DNA of 64,000 nt from assembly GCA_019873625.1 (NCBI GenBank), contig JAIOAW010000004.1, positions 33,324 through 97,323 on the forward strand, written 5' to 3'. The stretch comes from Chloroflexota bacterium (GTDB lineage Bacteria > Chloroflexota > Anaerolineae > UBA1429). This document shows, piece by piece, positions 1 to 9,158 of the stretch (positions are counted from its first letter, which is position 1; the number at the start of each line of letters is the position of its first letter). The notes beneath the pieces are model-generated. The model worked only from the letters and a program-made list of their open reading frames with translations, did no database searches and was not told the origin of the DNA. A program made the translations under genes and the position numbers.

Positions 1-38
1 TCTTCAACATACACGGTCGCAAGGCACATTGGCCCCTC

Positions 39-815
39 CTATTCGCCCAGCAATCGCGACAGAGCGGCCGCAACGTCCGCCTGGGCAGGAGTGCCCAGCG
101 GGGCGCGCCCCTCGAACCCGGCCTCGGCGATGGCCGGATCATAGCGCACGGCGCCGATGACGCGCAACCCCCGCGCCGCGAGGGCGCGCTCGAGAGATTC
201 CCTAACGGCCTCGGAAGGCACTTTGTTCAAGAGCGCCAGCGCCCCCGGCAGGTGGTTCTGAAGGGCCATCTGGTGGACCTGCGCGGCCAATTCGATGGCA
301 TCGTAGGAAGGATCCACGACCGCTACCACGGCCTCGGCCCCCTCTTCTACGCCTCGCCCAAAGTGCTCGATGCCCGCCTCCGTATCCACAAGGGCGATTT
401 CGTCCTCATCCAGGGCCAGGCGGCGCAGAAACTGGCGGCTGAGGAACCCGATGGGGCAGGCGCAGCCCTCCATAGATTGCAAAATCTTGCCGGAGGCGAC
501 GAGCGTCATCCCGTCGGCCGAGGTGCGGTAGGCCTCGGGCAGGTCGCTCACGCGGATGCGCTCCTGCAAGAGCACGGGGTTCTCCGGCGATTGCTCGCCG
601 CTGTAGCTCTTGATGACGCTTTTTTTGCCACCCAGGAGGTCCATCAGGGGCAGGGGGCGCGCGGCCAGCCCCAGCAGGCGGTGCAGGCCGGGGTTCGATT
701 CATCCGCATCCAAGACGAGCACGCGGTAGCCGCGGCTCCGTAGGGTGTGAGCCAGGAGTGCGACGAGGGTGCTCTTGCCCGAGCCGCCCTTGCCGCAGAG
801 GACGATCTTTTGCAT
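39..815 (-). CDS. cooC: CooC/AcsF-like nickel-insertion ATPase (MinD/ParA superfamily)
   Basis: MQKIVLCGKGGSGKST deviant Walker A, LDADESN, EGCACP metal motif and DTEAGIEHFGRG are typical of CooC. Start placed at the ATG at 815; the ORF-track extension is not supported. Confidence 0.8.
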   Translation of the reverse strand: MQKIVLCGKGGSGKSTLVALLAHTLRSRGYRVLVLDADESNPGLHRLLGLAARPLPLMDLLGGKKSVIKSYSGEQSPENPVLLQERIRVSDLPEAYRTSADGMTLVASGKILQSMEGCACPIGFLSRQFLRRLALDEDEIALVDTEAGIEHFGRGVEEGAEAVVAVVDPSYDAIELAAQVHQMALQNHLPGALALLNKVPSEAVRESLERALAARGLRVIGAVRYDPAIAEAGFEGRAPLGTPAQADVAAALSRLLGE

Positions 816-923
816 AGAAGGGGTCTCCTCTCTGAGCAGTTTATTCCTGCGCATTGTAACGCCTTTTGGCGTTGCGTCAAACTGCAATTGCAAATGAATG
901 CAAGTATTGGGGGAGATTGGGGA

Positions 924-952
924 TTTGTGCACCCCCTTTGGGCGCATATAAT
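924..952 (+). promoter_or_regulatory. Putative sigma70 promoter of aspS-rnc-smc
   Basis: TTTGTG/TTGTGC - 17/16 nt - TATAAT (947-952), about 115 nt upstream of the aspS ATG. Confidence 0.45.
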
Positions 953-1066
953 ACAAGAATAAGCGCGGCGAGATGCTCCGGAGAGCGCCACAGCGCCGTG
1001 TGCGCCGTTTGCATCGGGGGGCCGGCCCAAGGCCGCGCCAGACCTTTCGATTGTGGAGGGTTTTGT

Positions 1067-2830
1067 ATGCTCAAGACGCACACTTGTGGCGAACTCCGTT
1101 TGAAGAATGTGGGGCAGGCCGTCTGGCTGGCGGGCTGGGTGCACCGGCGCCGCGACCACGGGAATTTGATCTTCCTCGATTTGCGCGACCGTTGGGGGCT
1201 GACGCAAGTCGTGTTCAACCCCGCGGTTTCCGAGGCCGCGCATGACCTCGCGGCGCAGTTGCGCAACGAGTACGTCATCCGCGTGCACGGCACGGTGGCC
1301 GCGCGCCCCGAAGGGATGCAGAACCCCAAAATGCCCACGGGGGAAATCGAGGTGCTGGCCGATGCCCTCGAGATCCTCAACGAGGCCAAGACGCCCGTTT
1401 TTTACATCAACGAAGAGACGGAGGTGGAGGAAACCCTTCGCCTGCGTTACCGATACCTGGACTTGCGCCGCGCCCGTATGCAGCGGAACCTTATCCTGCG
1501 CCACCGCGTGGTCAAATTCATCCGAGATTACCTTTCGGCGCGCGATTTCATCGAGATTGAGACGCCTATCCTCATCAAGAGCACGCCTGAAGGGGCGCGC
1601 GACTATGTGGTGCCCAGCCGCCTGCACCCCGGCAAATTCTATGCCTTGCCCCAATCTCCTCAGCAATTGAAACAACTTTTGATGGTGGCGGGCTTTGAAC
1701 GCTATTTTCAGATCGCTCGCTGCTTCCGCGATGAGGACCAGCGCGCCGACCGCCAGCCCGAATTCACCCAGTTGGATTTGGAGATGTCTTTTGTAGATCG
1801 CGAGGATATCCTTCAACTCATCGAGGGGCTGTTCATCGCGATCGTCGAGAACGTAACGCCCGAAAAGCGCATCCTGTACATTCCTTTCCCGCGCCTTTCA
1901 TACGAAGAGGCGATGGCGCGCTACGGTTCCGATAAGCCCGATATCCGCTTCGGGATGTGCCTGACGGATGTATCGGACCTCGTGGCCTCTGGTGGGTTTC
2001 ACGTCTTTGCCGAGGCGGTGGCCGCCGGCGGCCAAGTGAAGGGCATCGTCGCGCCGGGTTGCGCTTCCTACACGCGCCGCCAGTTGGACGAGCTGAACAG
2101 CCTCGTTCAGACGTGGGGTGCCAAGGGGCTGGTGTGGATGGCCGTGCAGGAGGGAGGGGTGCGTTCGCCCATCGCCAAATTCCTGAGCGAGGGGGAGACC
2201 GCCGCGCTCCTAGAGCGCCTCGGGGCGAAGGCGGGCGACCTCATCCTTTTGATGGCCGATCAACCGGCGGTGGTGGCTGAGGCGCTGGGGCAACTTCGCT
2301 TGGAGATGGGCCGCCGCTTGGGCCTGATGGACGATGACGTGTTGGGCTTTGCCTGGATCCTCGATTTTCCGCTCTTGGAATGGAATGCCGAAGAGGGGCG
2401 CTATCAGGCCAAACATCACCCCTTCACCGCGCCTATGGATGAGGATTTGGCGCTGTTGGAGACCGACCCCGCGCGGGTGCGCGCCAAGGCCTATGACATC
2501 GTGGCCAACGGCTATGAGGTGGGCGGGGGGAGCATCCGTATTCACCGGCGAGATGTGCAATCGCGTATGTTCCGGGCCATCGGGCTGACGGAGGAGCAGG
2601 CTCAGGCTCAGTTCGGCCATCTCCTCGAGGCCTTTGAATATGGCGCGCCGCCCCATGGGGGCATCGCCCCGGGGATCGATCGCCTCGTGATGCTCCTGGC
2701 CGGCGAGCCGAACATCCGCGAGGTGATCGCCTTCCCCAAGACGCAAAGCGCTGTGGATTTGATGACCCAGGCGCCTTCGCCGATCACCGAACGGCAACTC
2801 AAAGAATTGCACATTCGGCTCGACCTCTAG
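1067..2830 (+). CDS. aspS: Aspartate--tRNA ligase
   Basis: [12 protein letters not shown]-terminus, OB-fold ([14 protein letters not shown]), motif 2 ([28 protein letters not shown]), motif 3 ([14 protein letters not shown]). GGAGG RBS precedes the ATG at 1067. Confidence 0.97.
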   Translation: MLKTHTCGELRLKNVGQAVWLAGWVHRRRDHGNLIFLDLRDRWGLTQVVFNPAVSEAAHDLAAQLRNEYVIRVHGTVAARPEGMQNPKMPTGEIEVLADALEILNEAKTPVFYINEETEVEETLRLRYRYLDLRRARMQRNLILRHRVVKFIRDYLSARDFIEIETPILIKSTPEGARDYVVPSRLHPGKFYALPQSPQQLKQLLMVAGFERYFQIARCFRDEDQRADRQPEFTQLDLEMSFVDREDILQLIEGLFIAIVENVTPEKRILYIPFPRLSYEEAMARYGSDKPDIRFGMCLTDVSDLVASGGFHVFAEAVAAGGQVKGIVAPGCASYTRRQLDELNSLVQTWGAKGLVWMAVQEGGVRSPIAKFLSEGETAALLERLGAKAGDLILLMADQPAVVAEALGQLRLEMGRRLGLMDDDVLGFAWILDFPLLEWNAEEGRYQAKHHPFTAPMDEDLALLETDPARVRAKAYDIVANGYEVGGGSIRIHRRDVQSRMFRAIGLTEEQAQAQFGHLLEAFEYGAPPHGGIAPGIDRLVMLLAGEPNIREVIAFPKTQSAVDLMTQAPSPITERQLKELHIRLDL

Positions 2831-2848
2831 GGCTAGGCAGAGAGGGCT

Positions 2849-3556
2849 ATGGACGAGCGCAAAGAAGGGCTAGAGGCATTGGCGCGCCGTTTGGGCATCT
2901 CGTTTGGAGAGTGGGCGCTCCTCGAAGAGGCACTCACCCACAGTTCCTTTGTGAACGAAAACCCCGAAAGTGGCGCCAAAGATAATCAGCGCCTCGAGTT
3001 CCTCGGTGATGCCTTTCTCGGCTTTGCCGTGGGAGATTGGTTGTTTCGGCGTTACCCGGAGGCCCAAGAAGGCGAATTGACCAGCCTCCGCGCTTGGATC
3101 GTCTGCACCGACAGTTTGGCGGCCCTGGCGCGCGAATTCGCCTTGGGCGAGTTTTTGCGCCTAGGGCACGGCGAGGCCGCAAGCGGCGGCGCCGACCGCC
3201 CTGCGAACCTATGCGCCGCCTTTGAGGCCGTGGTGGGGGCCGTTTATCTCGATCGCGGCCTAGAGGAGGCCGTCCGTTGGGTGCACAGCCTTCTCGATCG
3301 GCACGCGAGCAAGATCGAGGCCCAGCGCTGGCGCAAGAATGCCAAAAGCCTCCTTCAGGAATATACCCAGGCCATACTGCACATCACGCCCTCGTATCGC
3401 ATCGTGCGCGAAGAAGGGCCAGACCATGCCAAGGTGTTCACGGCGCAGGTGCTGGTGGGAGATGAAGTGTGGGGCGAAGGCACCGGCCCAAGTAAGCAGG
3501 CCGCCCAGCAGGCCGCCGCTGAGGCGGCCTATGCGCGCAGGATCGCCGAAAAGTAG
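2849..3556 (+). CDS. rnc: Ribonuclease III
   Basis: NQRLEFLGDA signature, AFEAVVGAVYLD, and a C-terminal dsRBD (KSLLQEYTQ...GPDHAKVF...SKQAAQQAAA). Confidence 0.96.
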   Translation: MDERKEGLEALARRLGISFGEWALLEEALTHSSFVNENPESGAKDNQRLEFLGDAFLGFAVGDWLFRRYPEAQEGELTSLRAWIVCTDSLAALAREFALGEFLRLGHGEAASGGADRPANLCAAFEAVVGAVYLDRGLEEAVRWVHSLLDRHASKIEAQRWRKNAKSLLQEYTQAILHITPSYRIVREEGPDHAKVFTAQVLVGDEVWGEGTGPSKQAAQQAAAEAAYARRIAEK

Positions 3557-3562
3557 GGAGCG

Positions 3563-6500
3563 ATGCGCCTCAAACGGCTCGAAATCTATGGCTACAAAAG
3601 TTTCGCCTCGCGCTGCACCTTCGAATTCAACGAGGGCATTACGGCCATCGTCGGCCCGAACGGGAGCGGCAAGAGTAACGTGGCCGATGCCGTGCGGTGG
3701 GTGCTCGGCGAGCAGAGTTACCGCCTCCTTCGGGCGAGCAGCACGGAGGATATGATCTTTGCGGGCGCGCCGGGCCGGCCCCGTTTGGGCATGGCGGAGG
3801 TGATCCTCACCTTCGATAACGCGGACGGCTGGCTCCCCATTGATTATTCCGAGGTGACCGTGGGCCGGCGCGCCTATCGCTCCGGCGAGAACGAATACCT
3901 TCTGAACGGCCAGCGCGTGCGCTACCGCGACATTTTAGACCTGTTGGGTGCGGCCGGCCTCGCGCGGAGCAGTTACCTCGTCATTGGCCAGGGGATGGTG
4001 GATGCCGCCTTGGCCCTGCGCCCCGAGGCGCGCCGCACGCTCTTTGAAGAGGCGGCGGGCATTGGGCCGCACTTGCGCAAGCGCGAAGAGGCCCTGGCGA
4101 ACATCGCCGAGACGGAGCGCAACCTCGAGCGCGTCCAAGATATCCTCAACGAATTGCGGCCGCGCGGCGAGGTCTTGCGCAAGCAGGCGGAACGCGCCGA
4201 GGAGTATCTCCTCCTGCGGCAAGATTTGCGCGAACTCCAGCGCATCTGGTATGGCTATGCGTGGCAGCGGCTCCAGCGCGACCTCGCGGCTGCCGAAGAG
4301 CAGGTGCGCGAACATCGGGCGCGGCTGGAAGCGCAGCGCACGTATATGCAGGCCTGCCAGGAAGATATCCGCCAGGTGGAGGCGCGGGAGGCGCAGTGCG
4401 CGGCGCTCATCGAGGAACTGACGGCCCAATGGGCGGCCCTCCGCACCGAGATGGAGGGTCTGCGCCGCGAGGCCGCCGTGGCGGCCGAACGCCAGCGCTT
4501 ATACCGCACACAGCGCGGCGATCTCCAGGAGGAATTGCAGGCCCTCGCCTCACGCCGGGCCGTCTTTGAGCAAGAGGCGGCGCGCGCTGAACAGGAACTC
4601 GAAGAGCACCTTTCGGCCGCGAGGGACCTCGCCGCAGCGCTTGAAGAGGCGCGGCAGACCCTTCGGAGCGAAGAGGCCGCGCGAGAGGACCTCGCCCGTG
4701 CCTTGGCCGAATTGGAAAAGCGGCTGGCCAACCTGGAGCGCGCCATTGCCCAAAGCGAGATGCGCCGCGAGGAATTGGCCGAGCGAGGCCGGCGCCTGGA
4801 GGGCGAAATCCAAGCGCTGGATGCCAAGGTTGCGGCGCTGGCCGGGCGCCTTGAATCCCTCCAGAGGGAGGGGGAACGCCTCCGCGAGCGATCCGAAGCG
4901 CTGGAAGTGGCCCAACGTGCGGCGCGAGATGGTCTGGCGGCCTTGGAGCGCGAGATTGCGGCGCTCCAAGGGCGTTTGGCCGAGGCTGAGCAGGCCTTTC
5001 GCGAGGCGCGGGCCGAGCGCGACCGGCTCACCTCGCGGCGAGATGCCCTCTTGAGGCTACGCCAAGAGGGAGCGACCTATCACCCCGGCGTGCGGAGGGT
5101 GCTGGCGCCGGATGCGGGGTTGAGGGGCATCTTGGGCACGGTATCCAACCTGATGAGCGTGCCCCAAGAATACGAGGAGGCCATCGAGGCGGCGCTCGGC
5201 TCGCGCCTGCAGAACATCCTCGTCGAGCATTGGGCAGATGCCGAGGCCGCGATCGCCCTGCTCAAGCGCACCCGTGCGGGGTGGGCCACCTTTCTCCCCC
5301 TAGATACCTTGCGCGCGCCCACGCCCCTCGTGGCGCCATCCTTACCCGGCGTGGTGGGCGTGGCGAGCCGCTTGGTGCGCTTTGAAGAGCGCCTGCGGCC
5401 GGCCTTCGAACTCCTTCTGGGGCGCGTGCTCGTGGTAACCGATTTGGCAGCCGCGCGGCGCCTCCTGGGCGAGCGCACGGGCGCCTCGCTCATCGTGACG
5501 CTGGAAGGCGAGACCGTTCAGCCGAGCGGCGCGGTGAGCGGCGGAGCGCGCGCCGAGAGGGGGCACCTCTTGGCCCAAGAGCGCGAATGGCGCGAACTCC
5601 CCGAACGCCTGGAAGCCGCCGAGGCGGCCGTGCAAGAGGCGGCGCGCCAACTTGAGGCGTTGCAGGCCCAAGAGCAGGCCCTGAGAAACCAACGCGCCGA
5701 GGGCGAACGGGCACTTTCTGCCAAACGCCGCGAGTGGGAGGCCGCCCAAGAGGCGCTGGCAACCCACCGCCGTGAGGTGCGCGATGCCGACCGCGAGCGG
5801 GATTGGCTTGCCAACCGCCGCCAGGAGGCCGCCCAAGAGCGGGAAGATTTTCAGGCTCAAGAGAGGGCTTTGGAAGGGCGGCTCGCCGAGGCCAAGGTGG
5901 AGAGGGCATCGCTTGCGGAACAGGTGGAGGCCTTGCGGGCGCGCCTAGCGGAGATGGCGAACCACCCCTCGCGCCAAACCGTCGCCACGATTGAGACGCG
6001 CCTGGCCGTGGCCCAGCGTACCGCCGAGAGCCAGCGCCGCTTGGCAGAAAGCCACCGAGAGAACCTCAAACAACTGGAAGCCCAAATCGCGGCCAAAAAG
6101 GCGCAATCTCAAGCCCTGGAAGAGGCCTTGAAGCGCTTAGAGGCCGAGATAGAAGCCCAGGCGAAGCGGATGAAAGCGCTTGCCGAAGAGGGCGAGGCCA
6201 TCCAGGCGCGGCTTGGGCCGGCGCGGGAGGCGCGAGCGCGCTGTGAAGAGGATCGCCGCGCGGCGGAGGAACGCTATGCCCAGAGCCTAGAACGGCTCCA
6301 CGAGGTGGAATCGGAACTCAACCAGGCCGCCCTGCATCGCGACCGCTTGCAAGATCAGCGCGAGGCGCTCGCCCGGGAAATCGAAGCCGAACTTGGCCCT
6401 ATAGACCTGCCCGAGGCCCAATCTCACCAGTTACGGCTGAACCTAGGGGATGATGCCATCGAACTTCCCCACGTGCCCACCTTGCCAGCGGGCCTTGGGG

Positions 6501-7180
6501 AGGAGATTCGGCAACTCAAGGCGCGCCTCCGCCGCTTGGGAGATATCAACCCCGAGGCGCCCCACGAATACCAGCAACTCCTCGAGCGCCAGACCTTCCT
6601 ACAAGGGCAGATTGCCGACCTCAAAGGGGCCATCGCCGCGCTCCATGAGGTCATCCAAGAACTCGACGCGATCATCGAACGGGATTTTGTGCAAACGGTG
6701 CGCGTGGTGGATGAGGCCTTTTGCGCCTATTTTGCGCGCCTTTTCGGCGGGGGTACGGCTCGCCTGGAGTTGACCGCGCCTGAAAGCCCTAGCACGAGCG
6801 GCGTGGAGATCATCGCGCACCCGCCCGGCAAGCGCGCCCAAAGCCTTTCGCTCCTTTCGGGGGGCGAGAGGGCGCTCACGGCTGTGGCGCTGATCTTTGC
6901 CCTGTTGCGGGCCAACCCCGTGCCCTTTTGCTTTTTAGACGAGGTAGATGCCGCCCTCGATGAGGCCAACGTGGGCCGCTTCCGCGACCTCCTCCTGGAG
7001 CATGCCCGCGCCACCCAATTCATCGTCATCACGCACAATCGCCACACCATTGACGCGGCGGACACGATTTATGGCATCTCGATGGGAGAGCAGGGCGTCT
7101 CTCAGATGGTGTCGTTGCGGCTGGCCGATGCGCGCGAGGCCTCTTGGGTGGGCGAGGAGAGACTCTCCGCCGAATCCTAG
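3563..7180 (+). CDS. smc: Chromosome segregation protein SMC
   Basis: YKSF, Walker A GPNGSGKSN, long coiled coils, hinge (GWATFLPL, TLEGETVQPSGAVSGG), LSGGE signature and DEVDAALD; 1205 aa, directly after rnc. Confidence 0.96.
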   Translation: MRLKRLEIYGYKSFASRCTFEFNEGITAIVGPNGSGKSNVADAVRWVLGEQSYRLLRASSTEDMIFAGAPGRPRLGMAEVILTFDNADGWLPIDYSEVTVGRRAYRSGENEYLLNGQRVRYRDILDLLGAAGLARSSYLVIGQGMVDAALALRPEARRTLFEEAAGIGPHLRKREEALANIAETERNLERVQDILNELRPRGEVLRKQAERAEEYLLLRQDLRELQRIWYGYAWQRLQRDLAAAEEQVREHRARLEAQRTYMQACQEDIRQVEAREAQCAALIEELTAQWAALRTEMEGLRREAAVAAERQRLYRTQRGDLQEELQALASRRAVFEQEAARAEQELEEHLSAARDLAAALEEARQTLRSEEAAREDLARALAELEKRLANLERAIAQSEMRREELAERGRRLEGEIQALDAKVAALAGRLESLQREGERLRERSEALEVAQRAARDGLAALEREIAALQGRLAEAEQAFREARAERDRLTSRRDALLRLRQEGATYHPGVRRVLAPDAGLRGILGTVSNLMSVPQEYEEAIEAALGSRLQNILVEHWADAEAAIALLKRTRAGWATFLPLDTLRAPTPLVAPSLPGVVGVASRLVRFEERLRPAFELLLGRVLVVTDLAAARRLLGERTGASLIVTLEGETVQPSGAVSGGARAERGHLLAQEREWRELPERLEAAEAAVQEAARQLEALQAQEQALRNQRAEGERALSAKRREWEAAQEALATHRREVRDADRERDWLANRRQEAAQEREDFQAQERALEGRLAEAKVERASLAEQVEALRARLAEMANHPSRQTVATIETRLAVAQRTAESQRRLAESHRENLKQLEAQIAAKKAQSQALEEALKRLEAEIEAQAKRMKALAEEGEAIQARLGPAREARARCEEDRRAAEERYAQSLERLHEVESELNQAALHRDRLQDQREALAREIEAELGPIDLPEAQSHQLRLNLGDDAIELPHVPTLPAGLGEEIRQLKARLRRLGDINPEAPHEYQQLLERQTFLQGQIADLKGAIAALHEVIQELDAIIERDFVQTVRVVDEAFCAYFARLFGGGTARLELTAPESPSTSGVEIIAHPPGKRAQSLSLLSGGERALTAVALIFALLRANPVPFCFLDEVDAALDEANVGRFRDLLLEHARATQFIVITHNRHTIDAADTIYGISMGEQGVSQMVSLRLADAREASWVGEERLSAES

Positions 7181-7181
7181 C

Positions 7182-7703
<522 letters not shown>

Positions 7704-7752
7704 GCTTTACCTCATCCCATCCCATCGTTCTTTTGGGCGTATTCGCAGGGCC

Positions 7753-8283
7753 TTGCGCATCGCTTCCACCGCCGTGCTCCTCGCCGTGGCCGTACTCTTG
7801 GCGGGCTGCAGCGCGCCCGAGGGCACGATCACGCCGCCCCCTTCGAGGGAGATTCGCCCTCTGCCCCAGGCGGCCGAACGTTTGAAGGCGCGCCTGGCCG
7901 CTCTGGAGGGCACGGACGCGCCCACCAGCCTGCTCATCACCGAAGAGGAACTCAATGCCTATCTGAACGAATCGGCAGGCCCTCTGGCGCCGCTGCGCCT
8001 TTGGTTCACCCGCGACAAGGTGTTCCTCTCTGCCGAGGTGAAATGTCTGGGCCGACACCGTTTAGAAGCCTGGGCCACCCTTGAGGCCGCCCAAGGGGTG
8101 CTGCGGGTCTCCTTCACGGAGGCGGCCTGGGATGGGCACCCCCTGCCGCGATACATCGTGCGCGCTCTCAGCGGCGTGGCGCAGGCCGCCCTTGAAGACG
8201 CGCATCTCCCCTGGACCATCGAGCACATCACCCTCAACGAGGGGATGGCGCTCCTCGTGGTGCGGGGGGTGCCCCCCAAGTGA
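7753..8283 (+). CDS. Putative lipoprotein of unknown function
   Basis: Hydrophobic stretch ending in the lipobox VLLAG-C, followed by a Pro-rich linker and a globular domain (SLLITEEELNAYL). The start is uncertain; TTG at 7753 was chosen to avoid overlap with scpB. Confidence 0.55.
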   Translation: MRIASTAVLLAVAVLLAGCSAPEGTITPPPSREIRPLPQAAERLKARLAALEGTDAPTSLLITEEELNAYLNESAGPLAPLRLWFTRDKVFLSAEVKCLGRHRLEAWATLEAAQGVLRVSFTEAAWDGHPLPRYIVRALSGVAQAALEDAHLPWTIEHITLNEGMALLVVRGVPPK

Positions 8284-8287
8284 TGGC

Positions 8288-9040
8288 CTAATTCTCCTCG
8301 CCTTGGGCTGGCAAGGTCTCTTCTTCCGCCGGCTCCTCTGGTTCGAGCGCTGGGGCCGGTTCCTCGGGCGCCGCGGTTACAGGTTCAACGGTTGGGGCAG
8401 GGGCCGGCCGCGCGGTGGGCGCTGGCCTAGGGCGCGCCTGGGTGAGCGTGGGCGTCGTGGCGATGGCCGCTTCACCCAAGGGGCCTGTGGGGGGCATCGT
8501 GCCGCGCGGATAAGGCTCGTGCCGCACGTTCACCACCACTTTGCCGCGAATCTTGACGCCCAATTGCTCCTCGACGATGCTATGGCACAAATCCACCACC
8601 TGGTCAGTCAGCACGGGCACGTTCACCGAGGGGCTGGTGTCGAGATCTACGATCACTTCGACATCTCGCCCGTGGCTGATGATGCGCGGGTGCACCTTGC
8701 GCACGCCGGCTAACTCGTCAATACGGTACTCCAGGCTCTGCATCACCGATTCCACGCCGAGTTGTGCCTTCCCACCGCTCTTGGTGCGGATGCGCACGAA
8801 TTTACGGCGCGGCCGGCGCACCTCCAAGATAAAGAGGACGATCATCAGCACCGCCCAAAGGCCCGTCGCGGCCAAAAAGGCGTAAAAGATCATCGGGTCC
8901 GCATAGAGCGCGTCACGCAAGGCATTCACGGCGTTGCCGATGGTTTCTAGGCCGTACACGTGGGTAGCGAATAAAAAGACGGCCGCCGCAAGGCTCAGCA
9001 AGATCAAAATGCACATCACGATGCGATTGAAGACGTTCAT
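8288..9040 (-). CDS. AmaP-like membrane anchor protein with Asp23-like domain and Pro-rich tail
   Basis: Two N-terminal TM helices, then GVESVMQSLEYRIDELAGVRKVHPRI...DLDTSPSVNVP...VEEQLGVK resembling the AmaP/Asp23 fold. Start at MNVFNRI. Confidence 0.6.
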   Translation of the reverse strand: MNVFNRIVMCILILLSLAAAVFLFATHVYGLETIGNAVNALRDALYADPMIFYAFLAATGLWAVLMIVLFILEVRRPRRKFVRIRTKSGGKAQLGVESVMQSLEYRIDELAGVRKVHPRIISHGRDVEVIVDLDTSPSVNVPVLTDQVVDLCHSIVEEQLGVKIRGKVVVNVRHEPYPRGTMPPTGPLGEAAIATTPTLTQARPRPAPTARPAPAPTVEPVTAAPEEPAPALEPEEPAEEETLPAQGEEN

Positions 9041-9158
9041 CTTCTTCCCCTTTCTCTGTGCGGGTAAACCCCCCAGCCGATCCATACACTGCGGCGATTA
9101 TAGGCCGTTTGGTGCGAAAAGTCCAGCGCCGCCGGGCCGCGCGGCCCTTGGCCAGGCC

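Noticed and set aside
39-815. CooC as a marker of a CODH/ACS locus
   Set aside because: No CODH genes are in the window and stand-alone cooC paralogs are common. The context beyond the left edge cannot be seen.
953-1066. T-box riboswitch upstream of aspS
   Set aside because: The leader is short (about 110 nt) and I found no AAGGTGGNACCGCG T-box motif or terminator.
3563-7180. SMC as a Wadjet/MksB-type defence protein
   Set aside because: It has canonical Smc length and hinge, sits in the rnc-smc context, and is accompanied by ScpB rather than JetABD.
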